64,000 bases of DNA, taken from NCBI GenBank assembly GCA_031401195.1, contig JANNRI010000109.1, positions 933 to 64,932 on the forward strand, read 5' to 3'. Shown here in pieces: positions 8,583 to 19,795 of this stretch. The translations under genes and the position numbers were made by a program. How positions within the stretch are numbered: the first letter of the stretch is position 1; each line of letters opens with the position of its first letter. Source of the stretch: Burkholderiales bacterium. Its GTDB lineage: Bacteria; Pseudomonadota; Gammaproteobacteria; Burkholderiales; Burkholderiaceae_C. The notes beneath the pieces were generated by a model, which saw only the letters and a list, made by a program, of their open reading frames with translations, was not told the origin of the DNA and made no database searches.

Positions 8583-10505
8583 GTGAGCATGGACCACGCG
8601 CCTGAAGAGACGCTCGAAGGGCGGGCCGACACGCAAGTCGACACGCAGTCTCAGCCGCAACGGCTGGCGCCTGCGCAAGCCGCGCCACCCTCGGCCGAGC
8701 GCAAGGCCACGCTCGGCCTGCTGTCGGCCACGCTGGCGGCGATGGCGCTGGCGGCCTGCGGCGGCAGCAGTGGTTCGGACAGCCCGGCACCTTCCCCGGT
8801 ACCGCCCGCACCGCCGGCCCCCGCACCACCGGGCCCACCGCCCGGCCCGTACCGCCTCGACGCGGCCGACATGGCCGCTGCGCGCTTGCTGCAGCACGCA
8901 CAGCTGGCCTCCGCCGAAGCCGACATCGCCGCCGTGAAGCGCCAGGGCGCCGCCGCGTGGCTGGATGCGCAGCTGGCCCTGCCCGTGGCCGAGAAAGCCT
9001 GGGACTGGTTGAATACACGCGGCTACACCGCCATCGACGAATTCCGCTTCTACGACGGCGGCAGCTACGCGATGCAGTTCGTGATGGGCCACCAGCTCAT
9101 CAAGCAGCCCGACACGGTGCGCAAGCGCGTGGCGCTGGCGCTGTCGGAGCTGTTCGTGGTGTCGGTCAACGTGGCCGGCGTGACGTGGCCGCACATGGGC
9201 CTGGCGCACTTCTGGGACCAGCTCAATACCAACGCCTTCGGCAACTTCCGCCAGTTGCTGGACGACGTGACGCTCAACCCCGTGATGGGCGCCTGGCTCA
9301 ATACGCGCGGCAACGCCAAGGAAGACCCGGCCACCGGCCGCGTGCCCGACGAGAACTATGCGCGCGAGGTGATGCAGCTGTTCACCATCGGCCTGGTGCA
9401 GCTCAACCTCGACGGCACACCCAGGCTCGATGCCGGCGGGCGCACCATCCCCACCTACACGCAGGACGAAGTGAGCGAGCTCGCGCGCGTGTTCACGGGC
9501 TACGACTTCTGGAGCGACGGGCGCTTCTTCCTCTCGGCCAACGACGGCTCGCCGCGCCCCTACCCCGAGTTCACGCGCCGTGCGATGGTGTTCGACGCGA
9601 ACAAGCACAGCAACCTCGCGGTGCGCTTTCTCGGCACCACCATCGCAGCCAACACGGCAGGGGCCGAGGCGCTGCGGCTGGCACTGAACGCCCTCTTCAA
9701 CCACGCCAATACCGGCCCCTTCTTCGCGCGCCAGATGATCCAGCGGCTGGTGAGCGGCAACCCGAGCCCCGCCTACGTGGCGCGCGTGGCGGCGAAGTTC
9801 AACGACAACGGCGCCGGCGTGCGCGGCGACCTGAAGGCGGTGTGGCGCGCCATCCTGCTCGACGACGAGGCGCAAGGCGCCACGAGCCTGGCCAGCACCA
9901 CGCACGGCAAGCTGCGCGAGCCGATGGTGCGCCACTTCCAGTGGGCGCGCACCTTCGGGCTGGAATCGGCCGCCGGCAGCTGGAAGTGGAGCTACGACTT
10001 CGACAACCCGCGCACCTGGTACGGGCAGGCGCCGTTCTACTCACCCTCGGTGTTCAACTTCTTCCGCCCGGGCTACGTGCCGCCGGGCACCGCTCTGGCA
10101 GCCAGCGGGGCCACGGCGCCGGAGTTCCAGATCGTCAACGAGTCCACCACCAGCCAGTGGATCAATTCGATCGAGGGCTGGGTCGCCTTCGGCATGTACG
10201 TCGTCTTGCCCGGCCGCACCGGCTACCCCTTCCCCTACGCCGGGCCCTACCCCGGCGACGGCTTCGACATCCGCACCGACTACGCGCCGGAGGTGGCGCT
10301 GGCGCACGACCCGATCGCGCTGATGAAGCGCCTGAACCTGCTCTTGTGCGCCGGGCAGTTGAGCGAGGCCACGCAGCGGCGCATCGTGACGATGCTCGAG
10401 GAGCGCACCGTCACGCAGGCCAGCACCGCGGAGGAAAAACGCCACCGCGTCATCGCCGCCATCGTCACCGTGATGTGCTGCGCCGAGTACCTGGTGCAGA
10501 AGTAG
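8583..10505 (+). CDS. DUF1800 family protein (possible lipoprotein)
   Basis: LAACGG lipobox-like, [35 protein letters not shown]; start uncertain. Confidence 0.88.
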   Translation: MSMDHAPEETLEGRADTQVDTQSQPQRLAPAQAAPPSAERKATLGLLSATLAAMALAACGGSSGSDSPAPSPVPPAPPAPAPPGPPPGPYRLDAADMAAARLLQHAQLASAEADIAAVKRQGAAAWLDAQLALPVAEKAWDWLNTRGYTAIDEFRFYDGGSYAMQFVMGHQLIKQPDTVRKRVALALSELFVVSVNVAGVTWPHMGLAHFWDQLNTNAFGNFRQLLDDVTLNPVMGAWLNTRGNAKEDPATGRVPDENYAREVMQLFTIGLVQLNLDGTPRLDAGGRTIPTYTQDEVSELARVFTGYDFWSDGRFFLSANDGSPRPYPEFTRRAMVFDANKHSNLAVRFLGTTIAANTAGAEALRLALNALFNHANTGPFFARQMIQRLVSGNPSPAYVARVAAKFNDNGAGVRGDLKAVWRAILLDDEAQGATSLASTTHGKLREPMVRHFQWARTFGLESAAGSWKWSYDFDNPRTWYGQAPFYSPSVFNFFRPGYVPPGTALAASGATAPEFQIVNESTTSQWINSIEGWVAFGMYVVLPGRTGYPFPYAGPYPGDGFDIRTDYAPEVALAHDPIALMKRLNLLLCAGQLSEATQRRIVTMLEERTVTQASTAEEKRHRVIAAIVTVMCCAEYLVQK

Positions 10506-10525
10506 CGACGCGCAAGGACACCCCC

Positions 10526-11971
10526 ATGCATCTCATCGATCCTCGCCCACATGCGCGCCGCGCATTCCTGAAACGCGCCGGCCACCTGGCCCTGGCGGGC
10601 GCCGCCACGCCCTTCGGCCTCAACCTCGCGGCCTTCGGCGACGCCGCCGCCTTCAACGCCACCGACTACCGCGCGCTGGTGTGCGTGTTCCTCTACGGCG
10701 GCAACGACTACGCCAACACCGTGGTCACCTACGACACGCCGAGCTGGATGGCCTACCGCACCATCCGCAGCGCGGGGCCGGGGCCAGCGGGACTGGCGAT
10801 CGAACAGGCCGCGATGGCCGCCACGGTGCTCAGCCCCACGGCAGCGCTGGCCGGTGGCCGGCAGTACGCATTTCACCCGGCGATGACGGGGCTGGCGGGC
10901 CTGTTCAACGGCGGCCAGGCGGCGGTGCTGTTCAACACCGGGCCGCTGATCCGCCCCACGACGAAGGCCGAGTTCTTCAGCCCCGACCGCGTGCGCTACC
11001 CGCTGCCGCCGCAGCTGCTGTCGCACAACGATCAGCAGTCGGTGTGGCAGGCGCAGGGCGCCGAGGGCAGCACGGTGGGCTGGGGCGGCAACCTGGGCGA
11101 TCTCGCGCTCTCGAGCAACGGCAACGCGCTCTTCTCCTGCATCTCGGCCACCGGCAACGCGGTGTTCCTGTCGGGCGACACGGCGCAGCAGTACCAGGTG
11201 AGCACGCAAGGCGCGGTGCAGGTGCGCGCAGTGCGCGAGGGGCTCTTCGGCCTCTTCAGCCCGGCCTCGGGGCGCGCCTTCAACGACCTCATCAGCGAGG
11301 CGCGCCCGCATGTGCTGGAAAACGAATACAGCCGGATCACGCGCCGCTCGATCGAGGCCGAAGGGCAGCTCACCACGGCGCTGGCCGGCGTGACGCTGAA
11401 CACCGTGTTCCCCTCTGGCAACACACTGGCCGAGCAGATGAAGATCGTGGCGCGGCTCATCGGCGCGCGCAACACGCTGGGTAACAAGCGGCAGGTGTTC
11501 ATGGTGTCGCTGGGCGGCTTCGACCTGCACGACAACCTGGTGGCCACGCAGCCGTTGCTGCTGAAGCGCGTGAGCGACGCGATGACGGCGTTCCACAGCG
11601 CGACCGTGGAGCTCGGCGTGGCCGACAAGGTCACGTCCTTCACCGCCAGCGACTTCGGCCGCACGCTCACCAGTAACGGCGACGGCACCGACCATGGCTG
11701 GGGCGGCCACCACCTCGTGATGGGCGGCGCCGTGCGCGGCAAGGCCTTCTACGGCGAGCCGCCGCCGGTGAGCGTGGCCAATACCGGCGCGCCCGAAGAC
11801 CAGGGGCACATCGGCCAGGGGCGATTGATTCCCTCGACCTCGGTGGACCAGTACGCGGCGACGCTGGCGCGCTGGTTCGGCGTGGCCGATGGTGAACTCG
11901 CCGGCATCCTGCCCAACCTGCGCAACTTCGGCGGCGCGGGCTATCCGACGAATCTCGGGTTCCTGGGCTGA
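10526..11971 (+). CDS. DUF1501 family protein, Tat-exported
   Basis: RRAFLK Tat motif, [34 protein letters not shown]. Confidence 0.9.
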   Translation: MHLIDPRPHARRAFLKRAGHLALAGAATPFGLNLAAFGDAAAFNATDYRALVCVFLYGGNDYANTVVTYDTPSWMAYRTIRSAGPGPAGLAIEQAAMAATVLSPTAALAGGRQYAFHPAMTGLAGLFNGGQAAVLFNTGPLIRPTTKAEFFSPDRVRYPLPPQLLSHNDQQSVWQAQGAEGSTVGWGGNLGDLALSSNGNALFSCISATGNAVFLSGDTAQQYQVSTQGAVQVRAVREGLFGLFSPASGRAFNDLISEARPHVLENEYSRITRRSIEAEGQLTTALAGVTLNTVFPSGNTLAEQMKIVARLIGARNTLGNKRQVFMVSLGGFDLHDNLVATQPLLLKRVSDAMTAFHSATVELGVADKVTSFTASDFGRTLTSNGDGTDHGWGGHHLVMGGAVRGKAFYGEPPPVSVANTGAPEDQGHIGQGRLIPSTSVDQYAATLARWFGVADGELAGILPNLRNFGGAGYPTNLGFLG

Positions 11972-12009
11972 AGAGGCTGAGCGCCTCTGAGTTCGGCCGG
12001 GCCGGTGGG

Positions 12010-12918
12010 CTACTGCCGCGGCTGTGCCTGCCCAGGACCCTGGCCCTGGCCCTGACCCTGGCCCTGGCCCTGCCCCTGCCCCTGCGCCGCCCCTGCAGCC
12101 ACGGCTGGCTGCACAGGCAACCCCGCTTCCTTCCACGCCGCCAGCCCGCCGCGGTACCAGCCGACCTGGCGGTAGCCCAGGCGGATCGCGCGCAGCGCCG
12201 CGTTGTACGACATCCAGCACATCGTGCTGGCGCAATAGAAGACCAGAGGCCGGTCGCGCTGCCCCTGTGTCACCTTCTGCAGGAAGGCGCCGAACTGCTT
12301 CTGCGTTTCGTCGTCGAAACTGCCGGCCTGCGACGCCGGCACCGCGTTGTAGGCACCGGGCAGGCGCTCGGCGCCGCCGAGCACGTCGAAGATCAACGGC
12401 GCCGGCGCGGCGCCGGCGGGCGCGCCGCCGGCCCCACCCGCTGGCGCACCCGCGGGTTGCCCCAGTGCGGCCACCAGCTGGCGCGTCGTCATCAGTTGCC
12501 CGCCGGGAATCGAGGTGGGCGTGGCTGCGTGCATCGGCCCGCGGTGCAACTCGGCCGTGGGTCGTGCGCCCTGGTCTTCGCGTTCCAGGGCTTCGATGCG
12601 GGAGAGCAGGCCTGCATCGATAGCCGGGCCGGTGCGGCGTGGGCCCTCGGCACGGCCCGCCTGGCCCTGACCCGCTTGACCCGCTTGACCCGCTTGGCCC
12701 GCTTGACCCGCTTGGCCGCCCTGGCCACCTGTCTGGCCACCCGCCGGGTCAGCGCGCGGCGACTCGGTGCGCGGCGCGCCAGGCGCGGCACCCGGTGTTG
12801 CCGGGGGTGCATCGAAACGATTCTGCGCGAGTGCCTCGGTGAGCCCGGCCAGGCCCACGCTCAGCGCCAGCACGCTGCCGAGCCACCGGTGCGGGTGTCG
12901 GGTGCATGTCGTCGTCAT
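12010..12918 (-). CDS. Secreted rhodanese-like protein (related to the PQQ-associated CXXCW family)
   Basis: Signal peptide; TPTSIPGG; VFYCASTMCWMSYNAALRA..LGY..VGWYRGGLAAW; GQA and GQ low-complexity repeats. Confidence 0.8.
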   Translation of the reverse strand: MTTTCTRHPHRWLGSVLALSVGLAGLTEALAQNRFDAPPATPGAAPGAPRTESPRADPAGGQTGGQGGQAGQAGQAGQAGQAGQGQAGRAEGPRRTGPAIDAGLLSRIEALEREDQGARPTAELHRGPMHAATPTSIPGGQLMTTRQLVAALGQPAGAPAGGAGGAPAGAAPAPLIFDVLGGAERLPGAYNAVPASQAGSFDDETQKQFGAFLQKVTQGQRDRPLVFYCASTMCWMSYNAALRAIRLGYRQVGWYRGGLAAWKEAGLPVQPAVAAGAAQGQGQGQGQGQGQGQGPGQAQPRQ

Positions 12919-12934
12919 GGCGTTTGCCTCTTCG

Positions 12935-14098
12935 TCAGCGTGTGCGCTGCAGTTGCTCACCCTGCACGCCGATGTCGCGGCCGGGGTCGAAGTTCGGGCT
13001 GTCGGTCATCACATAGCTGCCGTCGCGCAGGCGCCAGGCGTGGCGATAGTGGCTCGGCAGTTCCACCGCCGCGCCGCCGCCACTGCCGCGGTACAGCTCG
13101 ACCTCTCGAATGACGCGCACACGGTCGGTGTGCATGCGGTCCTGGCTGGCGGCGCGGTCACGCGCGATGCCGCTGTGGATGGCGCTCACCTCGGCCTGGG
13201 TCTGTGCGCGGATCTGTGCGCGCTGCTGCATGTGCGCCCGGGTCTCGGCCGCGGTGGCGGCATTGATGCGGCCGATCTCGGCCTGCGTGGCGGCGTTCTC
13301 GCGCGCCATCTGGGACGTCGCGGTGTTGATGCGCGCCTGCCACTCGGGCTCGCTCTTCAGCGTCTGCCACATGGCATCGAACTGGCGGAAGTCGAGCTGA
13401 CCTTCGGGCGCACGCCAGGCGAGCACGCCGAACGACTCGCCCTGGATCGATTGCATCGGCGCGCGATTGACCATCGGCACCTGCATGGCCATGAAGCTGA
13501 TCGAGACCGCGAGCGATTCGCGCATGGCCTGCCCGCCCTGCGTGTAGCCGATCAGGGCCTGGCCGGTTTCGATCCAGGTCTTGATGCCGCCGCCGCCGCC
13601 GGCCAGTGCTTGTTGTTGCGCCGGTCGGCTGCGTTCGGGGCGCGCTCGGTAATCCAGCCATTGCGCGCCGGGGCGGTGGCGCTGCACCCAGGCTTTCAGG
13701 TAAACCTCGGCGCTGCCATGGGCGGCATGTGGGCACTCTTTGGAGGCCGGACCGAAGCTGTTGGCGCCCCAGCCTTCGCCGGTGGCCAGTTCGATGGCGC
13801 CACGGCCATCGGGCGACTCTGCCTTGAGCACCGGCTGGTAGGGCCGGGTGCAGAAGGCGCCCACGGTCCAGGCCACCTCGCCTTGCTGGCGCCAGCCGGC
13901 AGGCACGAGCATCGTCATCGCCACCATCGGCTTGTCGAAGCCGCGCCGGTCGACGATCTCCGCGCGTTGCGCGCGCCAGGTGCCGGCGGGCAACTGTTCG
14001 GTGGCGGTGGTGGACAGTGGCACACCTGCGGCCAGGGCGGCGAGCCCCCACGACAGCAGGGTGGTTGTCGGGGCGAGGGCGGTACGGTGGTGCGTCAT
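12935..14098 (-). CDS. Hypothetical secreted protein with C-terminal A/Q/R-rich helix
   Basis: Long ORF with GC3-biased codons, N-terminal hydrophobic signal, co-oriented in an operon. Confidence 0.7.
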   Translation of the reverse strand: MTHHRTALAPTTTLLSWGLAALAAGVPLSTTATEQLPAGTWRAQRAEIVDRRGFDKPMVAMTMLVPAGWRQQGEVAWTVGAFCTRPYQPVLKAESPDGRGAIELATGEGWGANSFGPASKECPHAAHGSAEVYLKAWVQRHRPGAQWLDYRARPERSRPAQQQALAGGGGGIKTWIETGQALIGYTQGGQAMRESLAVSISFMAMQVPMVNRAPMQSIQGESFGVLAWRAPEGQLDFRQFDAMWQTLKSEPEWQARINTATSQMARENAATQAEIGRINAATAAETRAHMQQRAQIRAQTQAEVSAIHSGIARDRAASQDRMHTDRVRVIREVELYRGSGGGAAVELPSHYRHAWRLRDGSYVMTDSPNFDPGRDIGVQGEQLQRTR

Positions 14099-14251
14099 GG
14101 CGAAGGCCTGCCGTGGTGTCGCGCGCGGACTTGCACGCCCGGTCACCGCATACTAGGCAGTGGCGGCCCTGGCGGCGTGCCGGCAGCAGGAACTCGACTA
14201 CGCGCTTTCGCCCGGCGCGTGACTTCATGCCTGCGCCGGTCGGGGGCTGCT

Positions 14252-16480
14252 TCAAGGCGTGCCGATGAACAAGTACGCGTTCGTCGAGCCGCCGCTGCCG
14301 CGCCCCACACCCAGGTACACCGGCCCGAGCGGCGTCTCGCCGCCCACGTACACGGCCAACGAATGCAGCCAGCCGTTGCGCTTCTGCACCGTATAGGGCT
14401 TGGCCACCTTGCCGCTTTCCACCGCGATGCCGAAGCGCATGTCGCCGCGCAGGCCCAGGGGCAAGCGCCCGATGATGCGTTCGGCACGCACGTGGGCGTA
14501 GGCCACGTCGTCGCCGATGAGCTGGCCGCTGGCGAATGCGGTGAGGTTCAGGAAGCCGCCCAGGCGGCCGGCATCGTGTATGGGCAGCCTGCCGGTCGGT
14601 GAACCGACCCAGGTCAGGCGCGAGCCCAGCACGTAGTCGCGCCACGGGGCTGCGCCGCGCAGGTCGAAGCTCGAGCGCGTGTAGTCGCTGCCGTCGCCGC
14701 CGGTGTGGCCGTGGTACCACTCGGCCGCGGCGCTCCAGCCGCTGCGCGGGAAGTACAGGCGGTCGAGCCGGTCGAGGTCGGTGCCGACGAACCAGCCGCC
14801 GCTGCCGCGCTCGGGCACCGAGGCGAGGATGTCGATGCCGGTGTCGAGCTCGCGGCTCACGCGCGTGGTGCGCCAGCCGGCGCGAAGCGTGCCGATGAGG
14901 CTGAGGTTGAGGCCACCGGCGACCTCGGCGCGCGAGCGCACGCTGCGGTACTCGGCCACGCGCTGCTCGAGGAAGAAGTAGTCGCTGCGCTCGCGGCGGT
15001 ATTCGGCCATCAGGTCGGCAAACCACAGCCGGTCGGCGGTGAGCGGTTGCAGCCACTCGACACTGGCGCCGGTGCTGCTGCCGAGTTCACCGACGATGAG
15101 CAGCTCGGCGCCCAGCGGCACCATCCAAGTGCGCTGGTAGCCGGCGCGCAGCTGGTAGGTGCTGCCCTGGCTGAGGTTGCTTTCCAGCTGCAGGCCCAGG
15201 CGCAGGTAGTCCGGGCCCCAGCCCTTCTCCACCGGCATCACGCGCAGCACGGTGCGGTCGCCCTCGCGCATCACGGTGTAGTCCACGCGCTCGTACCAGC
15301 CGTCGCCGTAGACGCGGCCGAGCGCCTGGTCGAGCGCCTTCGTATCCAGCGGCTCGCCCACCGCCTGCGCGAGATAGCGCCGCACCACCGCTTCGCTGAC
15401 GAGCGAGAGCCCCACCACCTGCACCTCGTCGATGCGCGGGCGGCTGCGCGCGGGGTCGGGCAGGCCGGCGGCGAGGCCCTTGCGCCAGCGGGCCCAGGCC
15501 GCCTCGTCCACGGCGAGGGCCGACAGGCGCGCGGCGCTGGCCTCGGCGGCGATGCGGCCGCGCTCGGCGGCGGCGGCATGGCGCTCGAAGTCGGCGGCCG
15601 TGATGTTGCCGAGGTCGGGCCGGATGACGATGTCGCGCGGCGTCAGCGTGGCGAGCGTGGCCTGCACGTTCTGCTCGGTGAGCAGCGCGATCACCTGCTC
15701 GCTCACGGTGAGCAGGCCGCGCACCTCCTCGGGCCTGAGCGGCGCGCTGCCGACGTTGACGGCGATCACCACCTCGGCGCCGCAGCGCTCGCGCACCTCG
15801 CGCACGGGCAGGTTGTCGGTGAGGCCGCCATCCACCAGCTTGCGACCGTCCAGGTCCAGCGGCGCCATCAGCCCCGGCACCGACATGCTGGCGCGCATCG
15901 CCTGCGTGAGGCTGCCCTCGCGCAGCACGACGCGCGCGCCGGTGCCGATATCGGTGGCAATGATGGACACCGGCAGCGGCAGTTCCTGCAGGCGCACCTC
16001 GCCGATATCGGCACGCACGAGGCGGTTGATGAAGAGCTTGATCTTCTGCGCCGACACCAAGCCCGGCGGCGTGACGGCGTCGCCGCCGCGGATGCCCGTC
16101 TCGCTGCCGGGCAGGAAGCGCTGCGAGAGGCGCTTGTTGCGGTGGTTGAGTTCGGCGTAGTCGGGGTTGTCCTGGAACATGTCGGCCCAGTCGGCACGCG
16201 CCAGGGCCTCGCGCATCTGCGCCGGCGACAAGCCTGCCACCCAGGCGCCGGCCACGAGCGCACCCATGCTCGTGCCGGCCACGCAGTCGACCGGCACGCG
16301 CAGGCGTTCGAGCATCTCCAGCACACCGATGTGCGCGGCGCCGCGGGCACCCCCGCCGCCAAGCACGAGGCCCACCTTGGGGCGCGGAGCGCTGGCCTGC
16401 GCCCAGGCCGCACCGACGGTGCAGGCGCAAAGCACGAACGCCCCGGTGCGGGCAGCGAGTGTCGAGCGGGGCATGGACAT
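14252..16480 (-). CDS. Patatin-like phospholipase with POTRA and beta-barrel (PlpD / type Vd-like)
   Basis: GGGGARG, GTSMG, DGG patatin motifs; POTRA-like segment; C-terminal barrel ending YLFIGTP. Confidence 0.88.
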   Translation of the reverse strand: MSMPRSTLAARTGAFVLCACTVGAAWAQASAPRPKVGLVLGGGGARGAAHIGVLEMLERLRVPVDCVAGTSMGALVAGAWVAGLSPAQMREALARADWADMFQDNPDYAELNHRNKRLSQRFLPGSETGIRGGDAVTPPGLVSAQKIKLFINRLVRADIGEVRLQELPLPVSIIATDIGTGARVVLREGSLTQAMRASMSVPGLMAPLDLDGRKLVDGGLTDNLPVREVRERCGAEVVIAVNVGSAPLRPEEVRGLLTVSEQVIALLTEQNVQATLATLTPRDIVIRPDLGNITAADFERHAAAAERGRIAAEASAARLSALAVDEAAWARWRKGLAAGLPDPARSRPRIDEVQVVGLSLVSEAVVRRYLAQAVGEPLDTKALDQALGRVYGDGWYERVDYTVMREGDRTVLRVMPVEKGWGPDYLRLGLQLESNLSQGSTYQLRAGYQRTWMVPLGAELLIVGELGSSTGASVEWLQPLTADRLWFADLMAEYRRERSDYFFLEQRVAEYRSVRSRAEVAGGLNLSLIGTLRAGWRTTRVSRELDTGIDILASVPERGSGGWFVGTDLDRLDRLYFPRSGWSAAAEWYHGHTGGDGSDYTRSSFDLRGAAPWRDYVLGSRLTWVGSPTGRLPIHDAGRLGGFLNLTAFASGQLIGDDVAYAHVRAERIIGRLPLGLRGDMRFGIAVESGKVAKPYTVQKRNGWLHSLAVYVGGETPLGPVYLGVGRGSGGSTNAYLFIGTP

Positions 16481-16611
16481 GGGGCGCGATTGTCAGCGCC
16501 TGGCTGGTATGGCCTGCGCAGCCCGTACAGCCCGTACAGCCCTAACTGCCGATGCAGCCGATGCAGCCGATGCGGCCGATGCGACCGGTACGGCTGCGAC
16601 CTGCGCGGCCG

Positions 16612-17607
16612 CTACTGCAGGAAACCCATCGGCGTGCGCCGCGGCCCAGCCTCGGGCAGATCGACCAGCTCCAACGCACCGCGGCCGGCCAGGCGCGCAT
16701 TGCCGAAGGCCGTCATCCAGGCGCGGCGCATCTCGCGTGGTGCCATGGTGGCCAAACGCTCGAGCACCGGCTCGCCCGGCTCCGGCTCGAAGCGCTGGCC
16801 CCAGTCGTGCGTGGCGCGGATGCTGGTGTACAGGCGCCGCGCAATGGAAAGCGCTGCATCGTGATCCGGGGCCAGCACCTCGAAGACATTCATGCGGTTG
16901 AGGATGGGCTCGGGGATCGCGCGCTCGTCGTTGGCCGTGGCGACCCAGATCACCTGGCTGGCGTCGATGGCCACCTCGGCGAACTCGTCGGTGAAGGCGC
17001 CGGCGGTGTCGTGCTCGAGCAGGCTGTACAGGGCGCCCAGCGGGTCGTAGGCGTGCTCCGTGCGTGCCTTGTCGATCTCGTCGACCACCATGACCGGGTT
17101 CGCATATACGCCGTCCACCAGCGTCTCGAACACCTTGCCCGGGCGCGCGCCTTTCCACTGGCTGCTGGCACCGGAGAGCACCCACCCCGCTGTGAGGCTG
17201 CTCATCGAGACGAAGCCCAGGCCCGTGCCGAGCAGGCGCGACACCTCGCGCGCGAAATGCGTCTTGCCGATGCCCGGGGGGCCAAGCAGGAGCATGGGCG
17301 TGATCTCCAGCGCGTCGCGGCTGTCCTGGCACAGCGCGAGCTGGCGGCGGATGTTGTCGAGCACCTCGGTGAAGTTGGGCAGCTCGTCGTTGAGGTGCTC
17401 CATCGCCGGAAGGCCCGAGGGCTTGACCTGGAAGCGCTCGGCACCCTTCTCGAGCATGCGCTCGTAGGTGGCACGCAGCGTCTCGTGCTCGCGCGGGGGC
17501 AGCTTGTCCAGGCGCTTCTCCACCTCGCCGACGTGGAAGACCGTGCGCATGCTGGCCAGCGGGATGTTGGCCTGCACTCGAGGGACCAGATCGGTGGAAC
17601 GGCTCAT
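16612..17607 (-). CDS. Stand-alone Lon-like AAA+ ATPase (no protease domain)
   Basis: GPPGIGKT Walker A, PGKVFE.L, NPVMVVDEIDK Walker B, FTDEF, ATAN, PILNRM as in Lon AAA modules; GGAGG RBS. Confidence 0.82.
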   Translation of the reverse strand: MSRSTDLVPRVQANIPLASMRTVFHVGEVEKRLDKLPPREHETLRATYERMLEKGAERFQVKPSGLPAMEHLNDELPNFTEVLDNIRRQLALCQDSRDALEITPMLLLGPPGIGKTHFAREVSRLLGTGLGFVSMSSLTAGWVLSGASSQWKGARPGKVFETLVDGVYANPVMVVDEIDKARTEHAYDPLGALYSLLEHDTAGAFTDEFAEVAIDASQVIWVATANDERAIPEPILNRMNVFEVLAPDHDAALSIARRLYTSIRATHDWGQRFEPEPGEPVLERLATMAPREMRRAWMTAFGNARLAGRGALELVDLPEAGPRRTPMGFLQ

Positions 17608-17914
17608 CGGACAACCTCCGCGATGCATGGGCCAAAGACTGCCACAGACGCTTCGCGGAACAAAGGGCTGGGATGACCTCAATTGATGGGGTTCAGCGGT
17701 CGTGGGCGTCGATGAAAGGCCCGCGAGCCAAAGGCGTCACGGAATTGACACGTTGCCATTCATCGCGCTCAGCCGCAGTCCGTCGCGGACGGCAGGCCGC
17801 CGGTCGTATGGCGCTGGCGCCGCGGTGGGTCTGGAACCTAAAGTGCACTCAACGACAAAACGACATGCCCGCAGCAGTCGACCCCGAACACCCCACCGCA
17901 CCCAGGAGCCCGCC

Positions 17915-18076
17915 ATGAACACCGCCCGCCAAACCACCACGCAACGCCTCGCTGCCCTTACGCTGGCCGTGTTGATGACCCTGGGCATGCTCGGCGCCGT
18001 CGACCATCTGGCCACCAGCGACCCGCTGGCCGCGCAATGGGCCCGGGGCGAGGCCATGAACGCCGCGCGCACCTGA
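17915..18076 (+). CDS. Small 53-aa membrane/secreted hypothetical protein
   Basis: CAGGAG RBS, single hydrophobic helix, followed by a terminator. Confidence 0.6.
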   Translation: MNTARQTTTQRLAALTLAVLMTLGMLGAVDHLATSDPLAAQWARGEAMNAART

Positions 18077-18129
18077 ACGCGAGCGCACCGCAACGATTCC
18101 TCCTACGTTCTCATTGCGAGACGTTTGTG

Positions 18130-18162
18130 GCCCCGGGGTCTGCCGACCTCGGGGCTTCTTTT
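18130..18162 (+). terminator. Rho-independent terminator
   Basis: GCCCCGGGGTC-TGCC-GACCTCGGGGC hairpin followed by TTCTTTT. Confidence 0.75.
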
Positions 18163-18236
18163 ATCGGGCACATGTCCAATCACCCACAGCCACGGCGCCC
18201 GCGCAACAACGCGAGTTCGATTCAGAACGGCGACGG

Positions 18237-18785
18237 TCAGTAAGCGCGCCCCTTGCGGTACTGCGAGTGCGCACGCGGGGCCAGCGGCGTGGCAGCGCCT
18301 AGCTGCGCCAGCAAGGCGCCTGCATGTGCATGAGTGATGGCCAGGCCGAGCGCATCGGCCGCATCCTTGCCCGGCAGGCGCGGCAGCTTGAGCAGCCGCC
18401 GCACCATCTCCTGCACCTGCGTCTTGTTGGCCAGACCGTGGCCGACCACCGCCTTTTTCATCTGCAGCGCGGTGTACTCGGCCACCGGCAGGTCGCCGCG
18501 CACGAGACCCGCCAGCGCCGCGCCGCGCGCCTGACCCAGCAGCAGCGTGCTCTGCGGGTTGACGTTGACGAAGACGATCTCGACGGTGGCGCAGTCGGGC
18601 GCATAACGCTCGACGACCTCGCACACACCCTCGAAGATGATCTTCAGGCGCCGCGGCAGATCGGCACGCGGCGCATCGGTGGTGTTGATGGTGCCGCTGG
18701 CCACGTACGTCAGGCGCGGCCCGGAACAATCGATGACGCCGAAGCCGGTGCGCTGCAGGCCGGGGTCGATGCCGAGGATGCGCAT
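18237..18785 (-). CDS. ruvC: Holliday junction resolvase RuvC
   Basis: [47 protein letters not shown]. Confidence 0.96.
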   Translation of the reverse strand: MRILGIDPGLQRTGFGVIDCSGPRLTYVASGTINTTDAPRADLPRRLKIIFEGVCEVVERYAPDCATVEIVFVNVNPQSTLLLGQARGAALAGLVRGDLPVAEYTALQMKKAVVGHGLANKTQVQEMVRRLLKLPRLPGKDAADALGLAITHAHAGALLAQLGAATPLAPRAHSQYRKGRAY

Positions 18786-18808
18786 GGGCGCCGAGCCTGT
18801 CTGGCCGC

Positions 18809-19777
18809 TCACACGAAGTACCAGCGCACGGAATGGAAGAACACCGGCGCCGCAAAACACAATGGCGCCACGCGGTCGAGCAGGCCCACCGCGCCGGTGA
18901 CCGAGCTTCGGTTGCCCCACCAGCGCACGCCGGCATCCTTCTTGAGCGCGCGCATGACGAGTTCGCCCAGCGTGCCGCAGCCGCCGGCCACCGCGGCCAT
19001 CACGGCTGCGCGCAATGCATCGACGGGCGTGATCCAGAACAACGCCGCGCCTACCGCGGCCGCGGCCGAGACACCCAGCCCGAAGGCACGCAACGAGAAG
19101 CTGCGGTCGATCTGCCGCGCCACCGGGCGACGGCGCAGGCTGCGGCTGGCCAGCTCCTGCACCACCTGCGCCGCGGCCACCACCATCACGAGGAAGAAGA
19201 CGAGGAAGGCGCCGCGTTCCTCGTAACCGTTGAACTCCAGCAGCAGCAGCGCCGGCGCATGCGAGAGGCCGAACACGCACACCATGATGCCCCACTGGAT
19301 CTTGGCGTTGCGTTCGAGAAAACGCCCTGGGTCGCCGGCCAGTGCACTCGCCACCGGAATGGCCAGGAAGGCATACACCGGCACGAAGACACTGAAGAGA
19401 TCGAAACGCACCAGACCCACCAGCAGGTACTGCAGCGGCAGGATGACGAAGAAGGCCAGGATCAGCCCGCGGTGGTCGGCACGCCGCGTGTGCACGAGCG
19501 TGATGAACTCGCGCAGCGCGAGGAAGGAGAAGATGCCAAAGCCCAGCGTCGCGCCCACGGGCCCGGAAACCCAGGCCAGCCAGAAGAGCAGCGCGCCGAT
19601 CCACAGCGCGCGCAGGTCGCGCTGCAGCCACCTGCGCCGCTCGCGCGCGGCCTCGTCGGCCATCGGTTTGAGCGAGACCAGGCCCACCACCCCACTGGCC
19701 AGCACGAGCAGGCCGAACAGCGAGACAAAGAGCAGCGCCACCTGGCCGGTGGCATCGAGCGTGCGCAGCTGTTCCAT
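18809..19777 (-). CDS. Phosphatidate cytidylyltransferase family (YnbB-like)
   Basis: [26 protein letters not shown]; multi-TM. Confidence 0.8.
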   Translation of the reverse strand: MEQLRTLDATGQVALLFVSLFGLLVLASGVVGLVSLKPMADEAARERRRWLQRDLRALWIGALLFWLAWVSGPVGATLGFGIFSFLALREFITLVHTRRADHRGLILAFFVILPLQYLLVGLVRFDLFSVFVPVYAFLAIPVASALAGDPGRFLERNAKIQWGIMVCVFGLSHAPALLLLEFNGYEERGAFLVFFLVMVVAAAQVVQELASRSLRRRPVARQIDRSFSLRAFGLGVSAAAAVGAALFWITPVDALRAAVMAAVAGGCGTLGELVMRALKKDAGVRWWGNRSSVTGAVGLLDRVAPLCFAAPVFFHSVRWYFV

Positions 19778-19795
19778 CGAAAGGTGGCTGCGCGT

